In this document: in pieces, positions 19,384-29,730 of the stretch | Numbering within the stretch: the stretch's first letter is position 1 | Layout: every line of letters begins with the position of its first letter | IMG/VR virus record: IMGVR_UViG_3300032173_000002 | Location: 1-64,000 of that record | Strand: one strand, 5' to 3' | DNA length: 64,000 nt | DNA from: a virus | Position numbers and translations under genes: made by a program | The notes under the pieces: model-generated | The model's input: only the letters and a program-made list of their open reading frames with translations | Databases searched by the model: none | What the model was told of the DNA's origin: nothing

Positions 19384-20291
19384 TGGCTTTACCCGTTCTC
19401 TCTGATTCAGCAAAAGCTCTAGCTACTTTTATCAGGTCCTACCTGAAGAGGTATGGAATCACACCAGGTCCGGGTCCCGACAAAGTGGACTCTCTGGATC
19501 GGTTGGTCAATTCCTTTTCAGCAGGATTTGTGGACTATGCTGAATCTGGTGGAATGAAAGGAGAACCAGGGCCTCCAGGTCCTGGTGGGGCAGTGGGACC
19601 AGTGGGACCAGAGGGTCCACCAGGGGAGCCAGGGGAATCCAATAGCGATATTCTCCCTGCCGGAGAAGCCCTTTCTGCTGGGGACTTCGTGAATGTCTAT
19701 TCAAGTCCAGCCAAGTTGCGCAAAGCAACCGCCGAGTACTCGGAGGACAGGAAAGAAGCTCATGGATTCGTGAAGTCCTCGGCCTCCACGGGTCAGGAGA
19801 TTGAGGTTTTCTTCTGTGGAGTGAACGATGCCCTGTCTGGTCTCACTCCTGGGGAGATCTACTGGCTGTCAGAGGAGCCTGGTAAAGCCTCTCTTTGGCC
19901 TCCTACAGCCTCTGGCTCCGGATTGCAAGTAGTTGGAGTCTCTCTCTCTTCCGGCGAGCTCTCCTTCTTGCGACATCCTCCTTTCATCCGGTACAACTTG
20001 GACCCAGTAAAAGATGACTATGTCGCAGGGGATCTCGATACAGAGTCAGAGATCATAACAGCACTTAATAGTACTGCATCTACTCTGAATGAGGTCTTGG
20101 GGCAATTAGAGGATGCAATTTTGCAGGGTCCTCCAGGTCCTCCGGGATCAGGGGATATGACTAAAGTAGTCTATGATCCTGATGAGGATGGTGTTATTGC
20201 TCTAGCCCAGTTAGACCCGCTTGTCTGCTCGGAAAGTGAAGCAGATGCGAAAACGATTCTGAGCCTTGCGTTCTCCTGGATGGGGATATGA
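19383..20291 (+). CDS. collagen-repeat virion (head fibre/decoration) protein
   Basis: (Gly-X-Y)n runs; AGEALSAGDFV...AHGFV...GLTPGEIYWLS capsid-cement-like domain. Confidence 0.75.
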   Translation: MALPVLSDSAKALATFIRSYLKRYGITPGPGPDKVDSLDRLVNSFSAGFVDYAESGGMKGEPGPPGPGGAVGPVGPEGPPGEPGESNSDILPAGEALSAGDFVNVYSSPAKLRKATAEYSEDRKEAHGFVKSSASTGQEIEVFFCGVNDALSGLTPGEIYWLSEEPGKASLWPPTASGSGLQVVGVSLSSGELSFLRHPPFIRYNLDPVKDDYVAGDLDTESEIITALNSTASTLNEVLGQLEDAILQGPPGPPGSGDMTKVVYDPDEDGVIALAQLDPLVCSESEADAKTILSLAFSWMGI

Positions 20292-22858
20292 TAATTCTTG
20301 ATTCTACATCTGAAAGTATTGTTGCTTATCTGGCTGGAGTAGTAGCTGCCAATCAGCCGGAATTTGTGGCCTCTTACGCTGACCACACTGCCACTACTTT
20401 CACTGAGGGTGGGAGTGAGGGTGTTCTAAATAACACTACCGAAGTTACCATTGTGGAACCCCCTGCGGCTGCTACCAGGCGGGCAATTAAGAGTATCTAT
20501 ATACACAATAAAGATACTGCTACAGTAGTGGTAACAGTGGAGTGGGCATCGGGAGCCACCAGAAGGAGAATCTGTAAGGTTTCTCTGCCTGTGGACAGGA
20601 CACTTGCGATTACGGAAAAGATTGAAGTGGGTCAGGAAACTGCTATCATTTTTAGCGGGGCTGTTCCTGCCGATAATGCTATTGCTCGCTTTGATGGAGA
20701 AAGTGGATGGGTAATACAGAGAAGTTTGCCCACCATTGATGATGCCGGTTCGATTAACATCCCTGCCGGACAAACTTATAAGATTAACGGTTCTTCCTTG
20801 ACACTTGATAACATTTTGGATGGAGCTACTTATGGCAGGGTAAAGCTAACATCCCTGACCGGCAATGAAGTCGTCAAGCTGACCGATGCGAGTGGAGATG
20901 ATCTTACTGTTGCCCTTGGCGGAGCCAACCGTATCATTACTTTCTCTGGTAATCCCACCTTGGGAGATTGGTTTGACCAGTCAGTGAAGCAAGCCAGCTC
21001 TCCTGCTTTCGCCGGTCTTACCCTGACTGGATTTAGTGGATTTGTGAAAGCTACTGGTGGCATACTCTCGGCTGCCGCACTTACTGATGCAGATATTCCT
21101 GATACCATTACCCTGACCAATATCACTCAGATTACCAACCGCTCTCATACCAATCTTACCGACATTGGCACCTTGACGCATGCTACCATTGATAGTTACC
21201 TTGATCAGGCAGTAAAGCAGGCCAGCTCTCCCACTTTTGTTACCGTCAAACTTTCTGGCCTTACCGATGGCTATCTCCCCTATCATGTTAGCGATGCGGT
21301 AGGGTTGGCGAATACCAATCTCTTTACAGATGGAAGCAACATCGGATTGGGAATAACGGCCTTTGGCACTTCCGCCGTCAGAGTCCACGGCCAAGGCTCC
21401 GGCACTGCCCCCACCACTTCTCCTGCCGATATGGCCCAAACCTGGGTAGAGGATATCAGTGCAGGCAGAGCAGCATTCAAGGATCGATGGGAGGACAATA
21501 CGGCAGGATTTAGAGCATTAACCTTGATTGATAACACAGGCAAAACGGTAGATGGCATCTTAACCAATGCCGGCACTATTCGGGCATTTTCAAAGGTTAC
21601 TTCTCTTATTGCTGTCAAAGCCGTTTCTACCTGGACAATCCGCACCAGCGCTGCGGACAATGGCTGGTTTTCTGTTTGCTGGTCTCCTGAGCTTGGCCTG
21701 TTTGTGGCAGTGGCTAAAACCGGCACTGGCAACCGGGTGATGACCAGTCCGGATGGCATAAACTGGACAATCCGCACCAGCGCTGCGGATAATCAATGGC
21801 TTTCTGTTTGCTGGTCGCCTGAATTGGGAATTTTTGTGGCAGTGGCTATTAGCGGCACTGGCAACCGAGTGATGACCAGTCCGGATGGCATAACTTGGAC
21901 AATTCGCACCAGCGCTGCGGACAATGGCTGGCTTTCTGTTTGCTGGTCTCCTGAGCTTGGCCTGTTTGTGGCAGTGGCTAATACCGGCACTGGCAACCGG
22001 GTGATGACTTCCCCAGATGGAATAACCTGGACAATTCGCACCAGCGCTGCGGATAATGAGTGGTATAGTGTTTGCTGGTCTCCTGAGCTTGGCCTGTTTG
22101 TGGCAGTGGCTATTAGCGGCACTGGCAACCGAGTGATGACCAGTCCGGATGGCATAACTTGGACAATTCGCACCAGCGCTGCGGATAATCAATGGCTTTC
22201 TGTTTGCTGGTCGCCTGAATTGGGAATTTTTGTGGCAGTGGCTATTAGCGGCACTGGCAACCGAGTGATGACTTCCCCAGATGGAATAACCTGGACAATT
22301 CGCACCAGCGCTGCGGATAATCAATGGTATTCTGTTTGCTGGTCTCCTGAATTGGGAATTTTTGTGGCAGTGGCTATTAGCGGCACTGGCAACCGAGTGA
22401 TGACTTCCCCAGATGGAATAACCTGGACAATTCGCACCAGCGCTGCGGATAATCAATGGCTTTCTGTTTGCTGGTCGCCTGAATTGGGAATTTTTGTGGC
22501 AGTAGCTAATACCGGCACTGGCAACCGAGTGATGACCAGTGCTGGTCTTCCCCTATATGACCACAATAAAGGTCTTCTTGGCAAAAAGATCATCTTGAGA
22601 TCTGGCACTGGCCCGAGCAATACACCTGCCGATGCCGCTCAAATGTGGGTAGAAGACATCAATGCCGCAGCGGGCAAGGCCGGCTTCCATATGATGGCCG
22701 AGTCAGGAACAGGAAAGCTCATTGTGGTGGGCGTGCTGATCAAAACAGATACGGGAGACCCGGCTCAAGTGCATGAAGGGCTTATGTGCATTAATACCTT
22801 TGACAATACCCTGAAAATGTATTGCGAGGCCGCCTGGCGGCAGTTGGCGGCATGGTAA
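20288..22858 (+). CDS. tail/virion fibre with 7-bladed Asp-box beta-propeller
   Basis: Fibre-type N-terminus (DNAIARFDG), seven 44-aa repeats containing TSPDGITW. Confidence 0.85.
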   Translation: MIILDSTSESIVAYLAGVVAANQPEFVASYADHTATTFTEGGSEGVLNNTTEVTIVEPPAAATRRAIKSIYIHNKDTATVVVTVEWASGATRRRICKVSLPVDRTLAITEKIEVGQETAIIFSGAVPADNAIARFDGESGWVIQRSLPTIDDAGSINIPAGQTYKINGSSLTLDNILDGATYGRVKLTSLTGNEVVKLTDASGDDLTVALGGANRIITFSGNPTLGDWFDQSVKQASSPAFAGLTLTGFSGFVKATGGILSAAALTDADIPDTITLTNITQITNRSHTNLTDIGTLTHATIDSYLDQAVKQASSPTFVTVKLSGLTDGYLPYHVSDAVGLANTNLFTDGSNIGLGITAFGTSAVRVHGQGSGTAPTTSPADMAQTWVEDISAGRAAFKDRWEDNTAGFRALTLIDNTGKTVDGILTNAGTIRAFSKVTSLIAVKAVSTWTIRTSAADNGWFSVCWSPELGLFVAVAKTGTGNRVMTSPDGINWTIRTSAADNQWLSVCWSPELGIFVAVAISGTGNRVMTSPDGITWTIRTSAADNGWLSVCWSPELGLFVAVANTGTGNRVMTSPDGITWTIRTSAADNEWYSVCWSPELGLFVAVAISGTGNRVMTSPDGITWTIRTSAADNQWLSVCWSPELGIFVAVAISGTGNRVMTSPDGITWTIRTSAADNQWYSVCWSPELGIFVAVAISGTGNRVMTSPDGITWTIRTSAADNQWLSVCWSPELGIFVAVANTGTGNRVMTSAGLPLYDHNKGLLGKKIILRSGTGPSNTPADAAQMWVEDINAAAGKAGFHMMAESGTGKLIVVGVLIKTDTGDPAQVHEGLMCINTFDNTLKMYCEAAWRQLAAW
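21632..22540 (+). repeat. 7 x 132-bp tandem coding repeat
   Basis: Units start at 21632, 21764, 21896, 22028, 22160, 22292 and 22424. Confidence 0.95.
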
Positions 22859-22868
22859 AGGATAAAAC

Positions 22869-23370
22869 ATGAGCGACGGGACGATTGGAAACAAGCTTCA
22901 TTACTTGACAATATTTGAGCAGCTGGTGAATAAGGGTCAAGCCAATGGCTATGCTCCTCTGGACGCCAATGCTAAAGTTCCCACCGTGAATTTGGGTGGG
23001 GAGGGAGCAGATAATACCAAATATCTGCGTGGCGATCAGACCTGGCAAGTGCCTTCGGGAGGGGGCGGAGAAAGTGAAATTATTGTTGTCAAGTCAGCGG
23101 ATACCGCCAATTCTACCACAACCTTGGCCGACGCTACTGGCTTGACCTTCAACGCCGATGCCAGCTCGACTTATATCATTCATAACTGCCGGACACTTTA
23201 TAACCGATGCGGCCAGTGGGACGCCGGATAGCTCATCCTATAACGCTAATGATGTAGTGGTTACCACCTCGGCTTCCGCCTTTACTACCTATAACTTTGG
23301 GATGTTGCATGCTATTCTGAAGACTGGAGCCAGCGCCAGCACCTGGGTCCTGAGATTCGCCCGTAATTGA
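22869..23370 (+). pseudogene. frameshifted or partly deleted fibre-like gene
   Basis: KGQANGYAPLD/KYLRGDQTW fibre motifs in one frame; beta-rich sequence continues in another frame from about 23180. Confidence 0.55.
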
Positions 23371-23397
23371 GCCTGTGATAATTGAGAAGGAGGTGCT

Positions 23398-23562
23398 ATG
23401 AACGGACAGCAACTGAACATTGACCTTGATCTTCTTATCAAGTGGTTAGGCCGGAAGGAGCTGGAGGCCTTCTTCCTTCAACAGCAGATAGAGAGTTTGA
23501 AGCTGGAGCTGCAGAAGGCAAAGGTTCAAGATGAAGCGGAGAAACAAGCTAGATCGGACTAA
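23398..23562 (+). CDS. small coiled-coil protein (not in ORF track)
   Basis: AAGGAGGT RBS; MNGQQLNIDLDLLIKWLGRKELE... Confidence 0.65.
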   Translation: MNGQQLNIDLDLLIKWLGRKELEAFFLQQQIESLKLELQKAKVQDEAEKQARSD

Positions 23563-23598
23563 TCTTTGTACCCAATAGCGCACTTTTAGAAGAAAAAC

Positions 23599-23811
23599 AT
23601 GGCGGATTTATCTAGATGGTACTATAAATGCCCTCAATGTGGGTCGGGTAACCCGGCAAGTATAAAGGTATGCTCCTGTGGCTGGAGTTATCTTCCTCCC
23701 CGCCATCCTCATCTTCTCTGCCCCAATTGTCACGGAGCAGTGGAGTACGATTGTCGCATTTGTCCTTCATGTGGCCAGCATTTGTTCCCGATCACGAAGA
23801 AGGAGATATAG
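23599..23811 (+). CDS. double zinc-ribbon protein
   Basis: CPQC, CSC, CPNC, CPSC. Confidence 0.7.
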   Translation: MADLSRWYYKCPQCGSGNPASIKVCSCGWSYLPPRHPHLLCPNCHGAVEYDCRICPSCGQHLFPITKKEI

Positions 23812-23815
23812 ATCT

Positions 23816-24199
23816 ATGCCGCATAGAAAATCGTGGCAAATTTGGGCAATTTTGTGCAAATTGCTGGCGGTTGGCATTCTTTGCCTTTGGGTCCTTCTCT
23901 CCCTAAGCTATGGGGAAAATGCCTCTTCCTGGGAGAGCTATGTGAAGAATTACATCAACTCGACCCAAAGAAAAAGCTTTGAGACCCCCTTTTCCATAAC
24001 TGGCTTCCGGTTGCTGGGCAAGATGCATGTGGAGCAAGTAGGGGGCACCTATATCTATTTTGGCTTTTACGCCGAACGCTGGCAGGAGAAGCGGAAGTAT
24101 GTTGCGGCCGCCTTCGTCCGCGATGGGATGCCGGAAGGGTATCTGCCACAATGGAGCGATTTCCGCTGCCTTGAGCTCTGTCGTGAGGATTCGATATGA
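23816..24199 (+). CDS. exported or membrane-anchored hypothetical protein
   Basis: AAGGAG RBS before MPHRK; N-terminal hydrophobic helix. Confidence 0.55.
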   Translation: MPHRKSWQIWAILCKLLAVGILCLWVLLSLSYGENASSWESYVKNYINSTQRKSFETPFSITGFRLLGKMHVEQVGGTYIYFGFYAERWQEKRKYVAAAFVRDGMPEGYLPQWSDFRCLELCREDSI

Positions 24200-24320
24200 G
24201 GATGGAGCTTATTCGCCTGCCTCAGCATGCGGAGGGGAGCAGGAATGAGTACAGGACGGCATCGGCATTGGGTATCCCGATCTTTTTCTATCCCGCCCTC
24301 CCTCCTCTGAGATAGTCATC

Positions 24321-25838
24321 ATGCCTGATATTGTTTCTACAAAGACGAAGCCGATTGCTGTGGATGGAGATACGATCACTCTGACCGAGCAGAGTTCCTG
24401 CTTTCTGATGAGAGCAGAAACTGGTGGAGGAAGTCAAGTCCAGCTCACCCTGGATACGGTGAGCGGGGAGTCTATCTCTGCTGGAGACTTGGTCAGTCAG
24501 TTCAGGTATGGGGTTCGGAAGGGCTTTGGTCTGAAGACTGGTTCGGCGGAGATAAACCATATTGCAGAGACTCTTGCCTTTGTTGGCATCGCTTGGCTAA
24601 CGAGCAGCAAATTCGTCTGTGTCTATCGCAAATCAGGCGGTTCCAAAATTTACGCCAAGGCGAGTATTCTGAATACGGATTGGACAATTACCTCCGGCGC
24701 CGAGGTAACAATCGCGAACTATGCAACCAGCGGCCATTTGGTTCGCCGCGGAGCGGATGATACATTCATCGTCGCTTGGACGGATAATGCGACCCGAATC
24801 GGACGGCTATTTGCTGCTGCTTGCACAGTGGCAGATACTACCATTACGGTGGGGGCCGAGGCGGAGATCAATCCGAGCTCCTCGGTCTATACCTCCGGGA
24901 GCGACAGCTATGACTTTCGCCTGCTGACCGCTAGCACCTTGCTCTTTGCTTACCGAGATACAGGGGACTCAAATTATCTCCGGGCCTGCGTGGTAACCTG
25001 GTCTGGCACTACATTGACCGTCAATGCGGATGTTCGCATCACTACCACGGCGGTCGATGATGTAAAGTTGGCAGTCCTCTCATCGACCCGAGCACATGTC
25101 TATTATGAAGGAGGCGGCAGTGGCTTTTGGGTCAACTTGATCAAGGTCTCTGGAACCGTACCGAGCGCTGGAACTGCTTATGGCCCGACCGGCGGCTTCA
25201 CCAGCCTGCGGGGGATGGATGCCACCCCCTATAGCTCCGAATACACCATGCATAGCATGGCCGATGGAGCGAATGTTTATGGAGTGGGCGGCTATGGCTA
25301 CCTCTATTCGATGGAGCTTCCAGCGGCAGCTTACAATCGACCCTTCGGTGTCTGGACGACCGGATCGGGATGCGGTAAGACGAGAATCCATGCCGCCACT
25401 CAAGCTGCTTTTGTTCTTTTTGAAGATATTGTTGTGGCTACTTTGAAATACTCTCTTTGCCGCCTTGCCTGGCAATCACCGCAGTGGTTGGCAAGTCAAT
25501 CGATCCACGCAAGTGGAAATCATTTCGATGCTGATCTTGACCCGAGCAGGACAGCGCTGGCAATCTTTTTTACCGATCCAGCAGTGTCCAATCAAGGAAA
25601 TCTTTTAATCTATGATGTGGGTTTCCCCATAGGGATTGCGCAAGAGAACAATTCTGGTGGGAGTCCTCTGCTCATCTGCCATCAGGGTTTGTCTGAGGTT
25701 CATTCGGGTCTTGTGCCGTATTTTCCTTACTACGGACAGACTGATGGTACTTTAATCTCGACAAATAATGGCTGGCTGATTGGTCGGGCAATTGCAGCAG
25801 ATAGTTTACTAGTGGATATGATGAACCTAGTGATCTGA
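24321..25838 (+). CDS. virion fibre/decoration protein with propeller-like beta domain
   Basis: SGESISAGDLV...IGIA...GLVP..PYY...DGTL cement-like frame enclosing a Thr/Ser-rich beta insert. Confidence 0.65.
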   Translation: MPDIVSTKTKPIAVDGDTITLTEQSSCFLMRAETGGGSQVQLTLDTVSGESISAGDLVSQFRYGVRKGFGLKTGSAEINHIAETLAFVGIAWLTSSKFVCVYRKSGGSKIYAKASILNTDWTITSGAEVTIANYATSGHLVRRGADDTFIVAWTDNATRIGRLFAAACTVADTTITVGAEAEINPSSSVYTSGSDSYDFRLLTASTLLFAYRDTGDSNYLRACVVTWSGTTLTVNADVRITTTAVDDVKLAVLSSTRAHVYYEGGGSGFWVNLIKVSGTVPSAGTAYGPTGGFTSLRGMDATPYSSEYTMHSMADGANVYGVGGYGYLYSMELPAAAYNRPFGVWTTGSGCGKTRIHAATQAAFVLFEDIVVATLKYSLCRLAWQSPQWLASQSIHASGNHFDADLDPSRTALAIFFTDPAVSNQGNLLIYDVGFPIGIAQENNSGGSPLLICHQGLSEVHSGLVPYFPYYGQTDGTLISTNNGWLIGRAIAADSLLVDMMNLVI

Positions 25839-25867
25839 TGAAATGAAGTTGAGAGGAGCCGTACTGT

Positions 25868-26341
25868 ATGTGGTTCATACGCTGTTTCCAATGTATTTTG
25901 CTGGTGTTTTTTCTCCTCCTTCCTAGCTTTGCCCTGGGAGGAGAATCTCTCAAGCTCTACAGGGCAGAGCTTGATCTAACTTTTGCCCCACCCCATAATG
26001 AGCCAGTGGTTTCTCCCTATGTTGCGAGATACAGGCTAAGAGGGATAGGGGAGATTGAGTGGTGGAGATTTCATCTGGGGGCAAATTTGACTTTCTGGGG
26101 ACTGAACACTTGGCAGCATCCCTCTGTGATGGGGAGGGGGACAGCATCTTGGCAAGATGCAAACTGGGGTATTGAGCAGGTAAGGCTAGATTACCGATAT
26201 TGGGTGGGATTCTTCTTAGATCCTAAAAACAGAGTTTCCCTGTTTATGGAGCATGGCAATTGGATTTATTTGACGGATTACGATGAACGACAAGGATATC
26301 AGTATTATTACCTGTGGGGAGTCCGGCTGAAGTGGGAATGA
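25868..26341 (+). CDS. putative small outer-membrane beta-barrel protein
   Basis: Signal peptide, alternating aromatic strands, C-terminal YYYLWGVRLKWE. Confidence 0.55.
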   Translation: MWFIRCFQCILLVFFLLLPSFALGGESLKLYRAELDLTFAPPHNEPVVSPYVARYRLRGIGEIEWWRFHLGANLTFWGLNTWQHPSVMGRGTASWQDANWGIEQVRLDYRYWVGFFLDPKNRVSLFMEHGNWIYLTDYDERQGYQYYYLWGVRLKWE

Positions 26342-26396
26342 TGGTAGGCCTTTCAAGTTTTCGGAACAACTCTGTTTATGGTAAAGGAGCCAACGG

Positions 26397-26732
26397 ATGA
26401 GCGCCCTAAGTAGGCTGAGGCTGGTAGGGGCCACAGCAGTGGTCAGTTGTATTTTGTGTGTGGTAATACTGGCATATGCTTATGCACAGATTTCATCTGC
26501 TCCAAATCTACAATACAATGTCTCGTCTCTTGTATTATGGATTATTGGATCAGCATTTGGAACGATTGCTTGCTTGATTGGTGTGATCTATAACTTGCTC
26601 CGAAGGGAAATTGATGGGAAGCAAAGTAAAGAAGCTTGTTCCTTAATCGAGAGAAGGACTAACGAGATACTGGAGGAAATTCGCAGGAAAGTATGTAGTA
26701 GTGAATGGGATGGGGTAGAGAGAAGGAAATGA
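26397..26732 (+). CDS. membrane protein (holin/antiholin-like)
   Basis: Two TM helices plus charged tail ending WDGVERRK. Confidence 0.55.
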   Translation: MSALSRLRLVGATAVVSCILCVVILAYAYAQISSAPNLQYNVSSLVLWIIGSAFGTIACLIGVIYNLLRREIDGKQSKEACSLIERRTNEILEEIRRKVCSSEWDGVERRK

Positions 26733-26783
26733 TCGTTTATTTGGTCCCAGGTGTTATTGCTGTGAGATTAGGGGGTAGGATCA

Positions 26784-29231
26784 ATGAGTGATACTGTATT
26801 GAGTGGTAGGTGGACAGTTTATTACGGCTCGGAAAACAGGCAGAAGAGGATCAAGTGGACTGGTGGTTCTGCGGAACCAGATACAGTTAAGTCTCTGTAC
26901 CTTGCTTTGATGGATTTGTTTGATGAATTAAATCAGATGGATGACGGAGTCCCTATATCTGCTCAAACTCCTACGGAGTACACCATTGGTATCATTGATC
27001 CAGGAGACAAGGACCCGTGGTTTATAGATAAAGAGTCTACGGAGCACCTGAAGGGTGGTGCTCTAAAGACAGCCTCCTGGAAGAGAGTAACCGGCTCTAA
27101 TGTGGGTATTGTCAAGGTGGTCTGTAACAATACAAGCATTGTGGCTGGTGATATTGGGCATGATATTACTCACCAGGACGGAGACTCTGGTACTCTGTTG
27201 GATGTAAAGGGGACTGGAGCGGGATCCGAGTTATGGATTCGACCCGATAGTTATGCTGTTGCAGATGACTGGGATTCCACTTCCGGGACAATTACCTGTA
27301 ATGGACATACAGCAACCCAAACAGCTGCTTCCACAACTGGTGAGATGTTGTGGGCAAACATATACGGATTAGGTACCCTGGCGGAAGACACCCATCTTTA
27401 CATCTACCAGGGCGTGCAAACTGGAGATACTGCACCTGACCATATCTTGACAGGGTATAAGAGCAGCTGGAACTGGTGGTCTGACGGATTCTTTGATGTT
27501 TTAGTCCTGGTTGCAGACCAAGCATCTTCTCTCACAGATCGGCAGTACTTCTTGGATCAGGGATATGTGTCGGTCTTCGCTCGCAGATATGGTGGGACTT
27601 ACACCTACTATATTGTTGACCTGTTTACCGGAGGTCGCAATCCTATTCCTTTGGAGACAGGTGATGATATTTCCAATCCGACAGGTTATCGGACAGTAAC
27701 TCTGTCTTCCTCCTCTGGAACATGGAATGTCGGGGATGAGATCAATGGAGGGACATCCGGGGCAAGAGGCAAGATCACTGCGACCTCCGGGTCGAATCCT
27801 ACCATTACCCTTAGATACTATCTGATTGGAAATGTGGCAACTGATTTCCAGAACGGTGAGACAATTACTGATGTGGAGACCAGCGCAACAGGAACTTCTG
27901 GGACTCCCGCCAACTATGGTCCGGCCACCTATTCGGGGTTATCAGTCACTCATACTGCGAATAATGCATTTGATATAGATGAGAATGGTACTAATGAGTA
28001 TTACTCGGTTGTGATTGATTGCAATAACTACTCCCTCGCAGAGGTTTACGAGTGGCTGAAATATATCGCGAGGGATGGAGCGACGGGAACAGGGAATACG
28101 GATGGGATCGAGGGCGAGCAGTATATTGGCTCCGATTATCGGTTGGTATATAACACATTGACTGGTACTATCTCGGAAGGGGATGTGGTAACACAGGATA
28201 CTTCCCTGGCCAGGGGAACTGTGGTAGCCCATCACACCACTCCTAAGATTCTGGTGCTGAGAAACTGTAGAGGGACTTTTGATACAACCAACCCGGTCAA
28301 GAAAGATGGTAGTAACTATGTAACTATGACTGGTGGGTCTGCTATCGTTGTTACTCCTACCAAGGCGTGTCCATTTGGAACCTTCCCTGGTCAAGCTATC
28401 TTCTTTGCTGCTGCTGGAGTGGTACTGGATAACTACCAGTCCGCAGAGGTGAACAAATTTAGGCTGACAGATGACCAGGGGAATGCAATTGCTGCTCCTA
28501 CTAAAGTTTCGGTGACCATTACTAATACCAGGGTAAAAGATGGAATTGCTGTATTTAGGCTCTCTGGTGGAGAGATCGAGAAGAATTATTACTCGATAGA
28601 TTCAAACCATTCCATTGGGGATACAACAATTAGTGTAGATCCGACCATTAGGGTAGATGAGCCTGGAAAGTCTGACGGTGGTATCCTGTTTGTGGTTGAC
28701 ACTGCTAGCCAGAGGGAGGATCGGTACCGGTACACTGGATACTCGGGCGATGATTTCACTCTGTTCAATAAGTCTTCTGATATAGCAGAATCCGGGACCA
28801 ATGCAACGACCATTGTGGCTACCGGAGGATTTACCAACTGTCTAGTGGGGGATATTATTTACAACTCCACTCGTTTAGCAATTACCTACATCAGTGAAGT
28901 TATAAGTAACGACCAAGTCAGTGTTTATCCTCCTGTAACAGGTCAGACCACTGGAGATAGCTTCCGAGTGGGGGCTGTAGCAGATGGTTACACGACTTCC
29001 GATAAAGTGTATGTTCCTTTGATTCATGCGAGGGAGACTGAGGGGACTGATGCTTCTCCCGGAAGTGAGTCGGTGTCTATCGTTTATAGTTCAGCGATTT
29101 CAGCAAGGGTTAGAGCGAGGCATGCTAATGATACTGAGTATAATATCAAACCCTTCGAGACGGACACCAGCATAGGCTCTGGTGGCGCATCGGTAGCTGT
29201 TATTAGAACTCCCGAAACAATTACTTCTTAA
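26784..29231 (+). CDS. large virion structural protein
   Basis: 815 aa, G/T/S-rich, repeated 'G-(D/E)-x-I-x-G..S-x-A-x-G' beta modules. Confidence 0.7.
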   Translation: MSDTVLSGRWTVYYGSENRQKRIKWTGGSAEPDTVKSLYLALMDLFDELNQMDDGVPISAQTPTEYTIGIIDPGDKDPWFIDKESTEHLKGGALKTASWKRVTGSNVGIVKVVCNNTSIVAGDIGHDITHQDGDSGTLLDVKGTGAGSELWIRPDSYAVADDWDSTSGTITCNGHTATQTAASTTGEMLWANIYGLGTLAEDTHLYIYQGVQTGDTAPDHILTGYKSSWNWWSDGFFDVLVLVADQASSLTDRQYFLDQGYVSVFARRYGGTYTYYIVDLFTGGRNPIPLETGDDISNPTGYRTVTLSSSSGTWNVGDEINGGTSGARGKITATSGSNPTITLRYYLIGNVATDFQNGETITDVETSATGTSGTPANYGPATYSGLSVTHTANNAFDIDENGTNEYYSVVIDCNNYSLAEVYEWLKYIARDGATGTGNTDGIEGEQYIGSDYRLVYNTLTGTISEGDVVTQDTSLARGTVVAHHTTPKILVLRNCRGTFDTTNPVKKDGSNYVTMTGGSAIVVTPTKACPFGTFPGQAIFFAAAGVVLDNYQSAEVNKFRLTDDQGNAIAAPTKVSVTITNTRVKDGIAVFRLSGGEIEKNYYSIDSNHSIGDTTISVDPTIRVDEPGKSDGGILFVVDTASQREDRYRYTGYSGDDFTLFNKSSDIAESGTNATTIVATGGFTNCLVGDIIYNSTRLAITYISEVISNDQVSVYPPVTGQTTGDSFRVGAVADGYTTSDKVYVPLIHARETEGTDASPGSESVSIVYSSAISARVRARHANDTEYNIKPFETDTSIGSGGASVAVIRTPETITS

Positions 29232-29235
29232 AACT

Positions 29236-29556
29236 ATGGAAGACCAAGAGAAGATTGCCGGTCTCCTCCTTCTCAAGAAAGAGATAGAGGACAACATAAG
29301 CAGATTGAGACAAGGGATTAAGTCTCTCCGGGAGGAGCAAGAAGAGCTTAAATTCTATTTGACTGTCCCTCCTGAGAAGAAGTGGAAGAATCTTGGTGAA
29401 GTGAGCTATGACAAGCAAGCATTAGAAAACAATATTGCGAGGATAGAAGTCAATATTGAAAGAGTGGAGCGGTCTGTTAGAAATGAGCAAGAATCATTGG
29501 AAAGAATGGAAGAGGCGATAGAGATACTGAAGAAACAGCAGATTGCAAGGAGTTAG
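29236..29556 (+). CDS. coiled-coil protein
   Basis: Heptad repeats. Confidence 0.65.
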   Translation: MEDQEKIAGLLLLKKEIEDNISRLRQGIKSLREEQEELKFYLTVPPEKKWKNLGEVSYDKQALENNIARIEVNIERVERSVRNEQESLERMEEAIEILKKQQIARS

Positions 29557-29730
29557 AAAGTGAATAAAGTTACTATTACATATTCAATTTTGTCGGATAG
29601 AGTTTTGACTGAAGAAGAAATTATGAGTTGCCTTCAATTAAAGGATGATATTGGAGTTAGTAGAAAAGTGGAACTTATTGACAGCACCTTAGTTGATGTG
29701 AAATGTGATGAGGTGGTAATAGAATAAGAG

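Noticed and set aside
21632-22540. CRISPR array or DGR template/variable repeats
   Set aside because: Units are 132-bp in-frame coding repeats without unique spacers; differences are not adenine-specific and no reverse transcriptase is in the window
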